DNA of 64,000 bases, taken from assembly GCA_965219085.1 (NCBI GenBank), contig OZ244720.1:640001-704000 (forward strand), in the 5' to 3' direction. The stretch's first letter is position 1; each line of letters begins with the position of its first letter. The position numbers were made by a program, and so were the translations under genes. Under the pieces are notes generated by a model. The model was not told where the DNA came from and made no database searches. It worked only from the letters and a program-made list of their open reading frames with translations. This document shows positions 60,001 to 64,000 of the stretch, piece after piece. The DNA comes from Dehalococcoidia bacterium (GTDB taxonomy: Bacteria > Chloroflexota > Dehalococcoidia > UBA2979).

Positions 60001-63000
60001 ACGGGGCCGTCACCTCCGCCGACAGCGTGACGGTGTCCATCACCGACGACGACGGAAACACCCCGCCCACGGCCTCCGCGTCCGTCACGCCGGACGCCCC
60101 GGCCGAGTTGACACCCGAGATGAAGGTCGAGGTGCTCGGCGGCAACACGGTGTCGCTGGACGGCGGCGGGAACGACCCCGACGTTGGCGAAGTCCTGAGC
60201 TACGCCTGGACCAGCGACGGAGGCGGCACGTTCGCCGACGCGGCGGCGGCGGACACCACGTGGACCGCGCCGGCGGCCACGGCCGACGAGCAGACGGTTA
60301 CGCTCACCCTCACCGTCAGCGACAGCGCCTCGGCCACGGCCGAGGCGAGCGTCGAGGTAACGGTGGCGGACAACGTCCCGCTGACGGCCAGCTTCGACAC
60401 CATTCCCGTCATGCCGCACGCAGGGAACAACTTCGCCGTGAGGATCCTGTTCAGCGAACGGATCCGCGCAGGGCTGACCGACTTCAGGAATCACGCAGTC
60501 GAGGTGACGAACGGCACGGTGTACGACGGAAGACGAGTGGATGGCCGGCGCGACCTGCTGGAGCTCGAGATCGACCCGGACAGCGCCTCGGCGGACGTGA
60601 CCATCGTGCTCGCCCCGAGCCGGGCCTGCCCGCAGAGCAACTCGATCTGTACCTACGCCGGAAAGCAGCTCTCGGCCGAGCTGCGGGGGGTCGTCGAGTC
60701 CACCAACACCCCGGTCTTCAGCGAAGGGGCCACGGCCACGCGCGAGGTCGCCGAGAACACTGCGGCGGACACCGACATCGGGGGGGCGGTGACGGCCACC
60801 GACGTGGACAACGACACGCTCAGCTACTCGCTCGGCGGGACGGACGCAGCCTCGTTCGCCATCGTCTCGACCAGCGGCCAAGTCCAGACGAAGGCGGACC
60901 TCGACCACGAGACGAAGTCGAGCTACGCGGTCACGGTCACGGTCACGGATGGCAAGGGCGGCAGCGCCAGCATCGAGGTGACCATCAACGGCACGGACGA
61001 GGACGAGCCGCCGTCGAAGCCCGAGGCGCCGACGGTGACGGGAGCGGGCCCGAGCAGCGTCACGGCGACCTGGCTGGCGCCGGCCAACGCGGGCAAGCCG
61101 GACATCAGCGACTACGACGTGCAGTACCGGGAGGCAGGCACGACCGGGTCGTGGAGTGACGGGAGCCACACCGGCACGGACACCTCGGCGACGATCACGG
61201 GCCTCAGCGCGAACACCTCCTACGACGTGCAGGTGCGGGCCACCAACGACGAGGGCACGAGCGACTGGTCCGACTCGGGCAGCGGGGCGACCTCCACCAA
61301 GCCGGTGGTGACCCTGTCGCTGTGGTCCGACTCGATCGCGGAAGGCGGAGTCACCACGGTGAGGGGAACGGTCTCGCCCGCATCCGCGACGCAGTTCACG
61401 GTGACGGTCTCGGTGACGCCCGTGGCCCCGGCGGTGGCGGCCGACTTCACGCTGAGCGCGAACACCAACCTGACCTTCGCCGCGAACGCGACCGCGAGCA
61501 CCGGCATCGTAACGATCACGGCGACGGCGAACACGGTACACACGGAGGACAAGACGCTGACGGTGTCGGGCGCGACCACGGCGGCGGCGGTGACGGCGCC
61601 GGCCAACGTCACGCTGACGGTCGAAGACGACGACGCCCCGTCGTGGACCGTGGAGGTGGGCTCCGCCTCGATCGCAGAGGACGCGGGCTTCACGGCCGTG
61701 ACCGTGAGCACGGGCGGCGTGACCTTCGCCGACGACCAGACGATCACGCTCGATCTCTCGGGCACGGCCACGGAAACGGACGACTACACGGTCAGTCCCG
61801 CGACGCTCACGCTGACGGCGGGCAACAGCTCGGCCATGACGACCATCACCGCGGTCGACGACGCACTGGACGACGAGGCCGAGACGATCGTGATCGCGGC
61901 CATGCACGGCGGCGCCCAGATCGGCGCCTCGCGGACCATCACGATCACCGACGACGATGCCGCCAACAGGGCGCCCACCTTCGCCGAAGGCGCCTCGACC
62001 ACGCGCAAGGTGGCGGAGAACACGGCCTCGGGCGAGGACATCGGCGCGCCGGTCTCGGCCACGGACGCGGACAGCGACGCACTGACCTACACCCTCGGCG
62101 GCACGGACGCGGCGTCGTTCGACATCGATCCGGCGAGCGGCCAGCTCCAGACGAGTGCGGCCCTCGACCACGAGACGGCGCCGAGCCACACGGTGACCGT
62201 GACCGCGGACGACGACAAGGGCGGGACCGCCACCATCTCCGTGACCATCGAGGTCACGAACGAGACTGAGCCGCCGGAAGAGCCCGGCGCGCCCGACAAC
62301 GTGCGGGCATTGTCGGGCAACGCCGAGCTCGTCGTCACCTGGGGCGAACCCAACGACGGCGGCAGCGCCATCACCGAGTACACCCTGCAATGGAAGTCCG
62401 GCGGCGAGAGCTTCAGCTCGTCCCGGCAGAGGACGATTGCCGCGCCGTCACGCAGCGACACGATCCCGTCTCTGACCAACGGCACCGAGTACGCGGTGCG
62501 GGTTAAGGCCACGAACACCCACGGCGACAGCGACTGGTCCGTCGAGGCGACGGGCACCCCCCGTTCCAGCATCACCACCGGTGGCGGGGGCGGCGGTGGT
62601 GGTGGCCCGTCGGGGCCCTCGCCGAGCGAGTTGGACTTCGAGTGGAACGTGAAGCGCGACCTCGAAGCGCTGGACGGCGGCCACGACACGCCGACCGGCG
62701 CCTGGTCGGACGGCACCGTCCTCTGGGTACTCGAGAACGGAGACGGCGCCGGCGACGCCGTCTACGCCTACGACCTGAACACGGGCGAACGCCTGGAGGA
62801 GCGCGAGTTCGAACTCGACGAGCGCAACCGCGCGCCGCGCGGCGTCTGGTCCGGCGGCACGGTCATCTGGGTCTCCGACAGCGGCCAGGACCGCCTCTTC
62901 GGCCATGACCTCGAGACGGGCGAGCGGCTGCCGGAGCGCGACCTCGAGCTCGGCGAGCGCAACGGCGACGCCCGCGGGATCTGGTCCGATGGTGAGACGA

Positions 63001-64000
63001 TGTGGGTGCTCGATGGCGGCAAGGACAGCGTCTTCGCCTACGACCTCGGGAGCGGCGAGCTGGTGGCGGAGTACGCCCTCGACGACGCCAACGGCGACCC
63101 TCACGGGATCTGGTCGGACGGGGTGACGATCTGGGTCTCGGACCACGGCGCGAAGCGGCTCTTCGCCTACCGCCTCGAGGATGGGGAGCTCGTGCGCAAC
63201 AGCGAGGAGGAGTTCACGGAACTGAGCAAGGCGAGCAACAACAGTCCGCGGGGCATCTGGGGGAACGCCGACGTGATCTACGTGGCCGACGAGAGCGACG
63301 ACAAGGTCTACAGCTACAACATGCCCGACGCGATCGACGCGCGGCTCGCCTCGCTCACGCTCAGCGGCATCGAGATCGGGGAGTTCTCGGGGGACCGCAC
63401 GGAGTACGACGGCGTCGCCGCCGAGGGCGTGACGGAGACGACGGTCGAGGCGGAGGCGCTGCAGCGCCGCACGACCGTCCTCATCGAGCCGGCCGACGCC
63501 GGCGGCGACGACACGAACGGCCACCAGCTGGCGCTGGAGGGCATCGACGCGATCACGGTCACCGTGACCTCGGCCGACGGCAGCCGCACGCGTGTCTACC
63601 GCGTGCGCCTGGGAGACCCGGACCGGCAGGCGACGCCCGATCCCTGGACGCACTGCTTGCGCGGCGACGTCGCCGAGGGCTTCAGCCTCGTCGTCTATGA
63701 GGGTGGCAGCGTCGAGGAGCTGGTCACCTGCGCGGAGAGTCGCGATGTCGTGGCCCTCTACGCGCTGCACGGCGGCGTCTACGTCTCGTACATCCTTGGA
63801 GCGCCGGGGTTCGTGAACCAACCATTCGCCGAGCTGTTCGCCGATGGTGTCCCCCCGGTCATGCCGCTGGTCGCTGGGAGCAGCGGACCGCCATCAGCGG
63901 ACCCGAACCAAGGCGACGGCGCCCTGTTGCCGTGGCCGGAGTGCCTGCGCGGCGAGATCGCCGCGGGCTTCAGCCTCGTCATCTACGAGGGCGGTAGCGT
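51066..64000 (+). CDS. Giant secreted protein G10 (>4300 aa, runs off the window): FN3 x2, two [beta-sandwich-GH16-Ig-like-SwmB-like] blocks, Calx-beta-like repeats, cadherin/FN3, PKD-like, C-terminal module
   Basis: Absent from the ORF track because it has no stop in the window. AGGAGG RBS, ATG 51066 and a signal peptide. Frame checked at the GH16 (WSDDFDG, KYGYFEA, EIDILE at 52581 and 58431) and at the C-module (62622). Confidence 0.92.
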   Translation, partial: MAHTARPRLAILFAALAALLALSLSGAPAQAQDGSVPGKPTGLSSEASHDSVSLTWDDPGDGSITHYQVFRRDRDVHAAGEFVTVTEHTGSAATSYTDDTVEPERRYVYRVKAVNAHGASTWSGHRRASTPAATPTPTPAPEPEPTPDPADLDPADLAPSGLEASLAENRVTLTWTAPAEDAASVTGYEVLRAQGSAALTTLAADTGNTDTTYTDSGVTGDLDGYRYQVKALRGGDASQGSNVAGVIPSAHAGAIVPLADVTLISNLVLNDGTNDLTLTPTFATDTTSYAASVGGAVSQITVTPTKSDTDASVEYLDAKDAAIADADGTATGQQVDLAVGTTTIKVEVTAGDAMTTETYTVVVTRAATRPAPPSGKAWVEVWSDDFDGDVLDATKWLPRRESQNLKTRTHHGNTIYYRRETDNISVADGKLVLKNTQRRLSDTSSEVLTASIYTQDTYRRKYGYFEASLRIAPTADGIHTGFWMQSLLSGSHSENGGVEGAADGGEIDILESALIRDRFYHALHWDNGGSRSRTSASRRVDVTLHDGEYHVYAVEWSAGRYRFYVDGKLTWTYTGEGVSDGDEYIILATNVSWAGGNAHTGDFPVEALVDWVRVYELQDSTSVDAQAAEPGFGTLGGSVAPSVAPPRLSAPPPVVPGTGNALSRGSRPAISSVEFAYDPDYASYDPHYAGPDDDTYPLAWTVSVEVNFDQDIDVQDLEDGGPRLELDIGGVPKQALYYSKSSRAIVFFYRIQDGDEDMDGISIGADKLALNGASIVGTTGTDAVLDHAAVPDDAGHKVDGVRPVLQAAETSTDGAAIVLTYDEALQPTMNLSKEQQRTTATPYDYTVSVDGVPRGVSDVSASGSTVTLELESAVTAGQTVAVSYREPSVHDDTRAVQNLRGTDAASFTNRTVTVADDDPQVTVGFEHSAYSVAEGASVAVSVVLSADPERTVTIPLTSTNQGGASAADFSGVPASLEFSTTAMSRTFAFAAADDDVDDDGEGVTVGFGTLPAGVNAGTPATAAVSIIDGDVPTVSVSFGSGPYSVDEGETVTVTVSLDEDPERTVVIPLTTTLAGGASAADFSVPANVTFAAGETSKTFEFDAADDDVDDDGEGVTVGFGTLPAGVNAGTPAMVAFEIGDDDVPTVSVSFVASTYSVAEGGSVTVTVSLSADPERTVVIPLTTTLGGGASAADFSVPANVTFDAGDTSQAFTFAAADDGEDDDGEGVTVGFGTLPAGVNAGTPATAAVSIIDGDVPIVSVSFGSGSYSVDEGGSVTVTVSLSADPERTVVIPLTTTLGGGASAADFSVPANVTFDAGDTSQAFTFAAADDGEDDDGEGVTVGFGTLPAGVNAGTPATAAVSIIDDDVPIVSVSFGSGSYSVDEGGSVTVTVSLSADPERTVVIPLTTTLGGGASAADFSVPANVTFAAGETSKTFEFDAADDGEDDDGEGVTVGFGTLPAGVNAGAPAMVAFEIGDDDVPIVSNRSPAFSEGSSTTRDVPENSSAGTALGTAVAASDAEGDTLTYALGGTDAASFDFSTATGQISTGSGVTYDHEAKATYTVTVTVDDGNGGAAGIDVTINVTDEPEPPNAPAAPTVSRTADANDSLDVSWTAPANDGRPALKHYDIQYREGGGAWETGPQTQTGTTAKITSLNAGTSYEVQVRAANDEGNGAWSPAGTGSTNAAPVFDDGEETTREVAENTASGADIGAAVAATDADNDTLSYSLGGTDAASFAIVSTSGQIQTKAALDYEEDDEYSVTVTVTDGSGGEASIDVTIDVTDEDEPPSKPEAPTVTGAGPSSVTATWLAPANAGKPDISDYDVQYRQQGGTAWTDWTHTSTDTSATITGLSANTSYEVQVRATNDEGTSNWSDSDSGATSTKPVVTLSLSSHSIVEGGVTTVTGTVSPASATPFTVTVSVTPVAPAVAADFTPSANANLTFAANATASTGGVTITATANTVHTEDKTLTVSGATTAAAVTAPANVTLTVADDDAPSWTVEVGSASIAEDAGSTTLTVSTGGVSFADDQTITLDLGGTATVTDDYTVSPATLTLKAGNSSAMTTITAVDDALDDEAETIVIAAMHGGAQVGASRTITITDDDAANRAPTFAEGASTTRDVAENTASGQNVGAAVAATDPDSDALTYTLGGTDAVSFDIDSASGQLQTATGTVLDYEARTSYSVTVTVTDSKGGSAAIDVTINVTDEDEPPSAPTELSGLVLNDGANDLTLTPTFATDTTSYAASVGGAVSQITVTPTKSDTDASVEYLDARDAAITDADGTATGQQVDLAVGTTTIKVKVTAGDAMTTETYTVVVTRAATRPAPPSGKAWVEVWSDDFDGDVLDATKWRPQRESQDLSTRTHHGNTIYYRGETDNVGVADGKLVLKNTQRRLSATSSEVLTARISTMDIYHRKYGYFEASVRIAPTADGIDTVFWMQGPLTHRHSENGGVEGAADGGEIDILESSFIRDGFYHALHWDYGGSRRRKSASEWVDVTLHDGEYHVYAVEWSADRYRFYIDGKLTWTYTGEGVSGGDEYIVLSTGVSWAGGNAHTGDFPVEALFDWVRVYELQDSTSVDAQAAELGFGTLGGSVAPSVAPPLSAPAPVAPPLSAPPPVAPSRLSAPPPVVPGTGNALTHESPPAISSVEFAYDPDYDGDPDFDGPDDDTYPLAWTVSVEVKFDRDIHVQDLENGGPRLELDIGGVPKQALYYSKSSRAIVFFYRIQDGDEDMDGISIGADKLDLNGASIVGTTGTDAVLGHAAVPDDAGHKVDGVRPVLQAAEISTDGATIVLTYDEALQTTINNPSNPKKRRTTATPYRYTVSVDGVPRGVSDVSASGSTVTLELESAVTAGQTVAVSYREPSVHDDRKAVQNLRGTDAASFTNRTVTVAGDDTAGVVVVPTVVSVAEGGAAGSYTVVLATQPPGTVTVTVGGAGDDVAAEPAALTFTASTWDTAQTVTVTAVDDSVAEGEETATLTHAVSGYGAVTSADSVTVSITDDDGNTPPTASASVTPDAPAELTPEMKVEVLGGNTVSLDGGGNDPDVGEVLSYAWTSDGGGTFADAAAADTTWTAPAATADEQTVTLTLTVSDSASATAEASVEVTVADNVPLTASFDTIPVMPHAGNNFAVRILFSERIRAGLTDFRNHAVEVTNGTVYDGRRVDGRRDLLELEIDPDSASADVTIVLAPSRACPQSNSICTYAGKQLSAELRGVVESTNTPVFSEGATATREVAENTAADTDIGGAVTATDVDNDTLSYSLGGTDAASFAIVSTSGQVQTKADLDHETKSSYAVTVTVTDGKGGSASIEVTINGTDEDEPPSKPEAPTVTGAGPSSVTATWLAPANAGKPDISDYDVQYREAGTTGSWSDGSHTGTDTSATITGLSANTSYDVQVRATNDEGTSDWSDSGSGATSTKPVVTLSLWSDSIAEGGVTTVRGTVSPASATQFTVTVSVTPVAPAVAADFTLSANTNLTFAANATASTGIVTITATANTVHTEDKTLTVSGATTAAAVTAPANVTLTVEDDDAPSWTVEVGSASIAEDAGFTAVTVSTGGVTFADDQTITLDLSGTATETDDYTVSPATLTLTAGNSSAMTTITAVDDALDDEAETIVIAAMHGGAQIGASRTITITDDDAANRAPTFAEGASTTRKVAENTASGEDIGAPVSATDADSDALTYTLGGTDAASFDIDPASGQLQTSAALDHETAPSHTVTVTADDDKGGTATISVTIEVTNETEPPEEPGAPDNVRALSGNAELVVTWGEPNDGGSAITEYTLQWKSGGESFSSSRQRTIAAPSRSDTIPSLTNGTEYAVRVKATNTHGDSDWSVEATGTPRSSITTGGGGGGGGGPSGPSPSELDFEWNVKRDLEALDGGHDTPTGAWSDGTVLWVLENGDGAGDAVYAYDLNTGERLEEREFELDERNRAPRGVWSGGTVIWVSDSGQDRLFGHDLETGERLPERDLELGERNGDARGIWSDGETMWVLDGGKDSVFAYDLGSGELVAEYALDDANGDPHGIWSDGVTIWVSDHGAKRLFAYRLEDGELVRNSEEEFTELSKASNNSPRGIWGNADVIYVADESDDKVYSYNMPDAIDARLASLTLSGIEIGEFSGDRTEYDGVAAEGVTETTVEAEALQRRTTVLIEPADAGGDDTNGHQLALEGIDAITVTVTSADGSRTRVYRVRLGDPDRQATPDPWTHCLRGDVAEGFSLVVYEGGSVEELVTCAESRDVVALYALHGGVYVSYILGAPGFVNQPFAELFADGVPPVMPLVAGSSGPPSADPNQGDGALLPWPECLRGEIAAGFSLVIYEGGS
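51864..53810 (+). repeat. ~1.95-kb intragenic duplication (copy 2 at ~57714-59720) containing GH16
   Basis: Offset 5850 bp, rising to 5910 after a 30-bp repeat expansion. Confidence 0.95.
53812..55505 (+). repeat. Five tandem 336-bp (112-aa) Calx-beta-like repeats
   Basis: Anchor CGTCACGGTGGGCTTCGGGACGCTGCC at 54071, 54407, 54743, 55079 and 55415. Motifs VSF...YSV.EG and DD..DDDGE. Confidence 0.9.
56120..57560 (+). repeat. ~1.4-kb intragenic duplication (copy 2 at ~60710-62150): cadherin-FN3-Calx-like block
   Basis: Offset ~4590 bp, near-identical DNA. Confidence 0.9.
62622..64000 (+). repeat. Conserved C-terminal module copy 6 (truncated by window end)
   Basis: PSELDFEWNVKRD... to CLRGEIAAGFSLVIYEGGS at the window edge. 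Confidence 0.95.

Noticed and set aside
1734-63821. Many long minus-strand ORFs (e.g. 28331-32428, 32831-36265, 9973-13080)
   Set aside because: Antisense shadows of high-GC coding genes; V/R/G-rich with no motifs, and repeated wherever the sense repeat recurs.
1-64000. CRISPR array, integron attC cassettes or IS elements as the source of the repeats
   Set aside because: Repeats are long and coding, or promoter units. No repeat-spacer periodicity, integrase, transposase or terminal inverted repeats were seen.

Overview
High-GC (roughly 70% by eye) bacterial DNA occupied almost entirely by a co-directional (+ strand) array of seven large secreted mosaic proteins of 876 to >4300 aa. They are built from FN3, cadherin/Ig-like, Calx-beta-like and SwmB-like stalk repeats and carry different cargo domains: aryl-sulfate sulfotransferase, two kexin-like S8 proteases with P-domains, spondin_N and two GH16 domains. 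Six of the seven end in the same ~1.6-1.8 kb near-identical C-terminal module: poly-Gly linker, WSDG-repeat propeller-like region, beta-sandwich, then two Cys-paired 'CLRG...YILGAPxFVN' domains. No LPxTG, TM anchor, SLH or beta-barrel was seen. Two single-chain sensor kinase-receiver-OmpR wHTH genes sit within the array, one with an intact kinase and one a pseudokinase. A conserved promoter with 11-bp-spaced TCAC direct repeats abutting a weak -35/-10 occurs four times, and three of these leaders carry poly-C tracts (C6, C17, C22). Relics of lost array members, mosaic junctions and a strongly non-synonymous divergence between the two GH16 copies suggest a recombination-shuffled, diversifying surface-display system. 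The domain repertoire resembles that of marine sponge symbionts, possibly Chloroflexota; this is inference only. No rRNA, tRNA, CRISPR, transposase or reverse transcriptase was seen.
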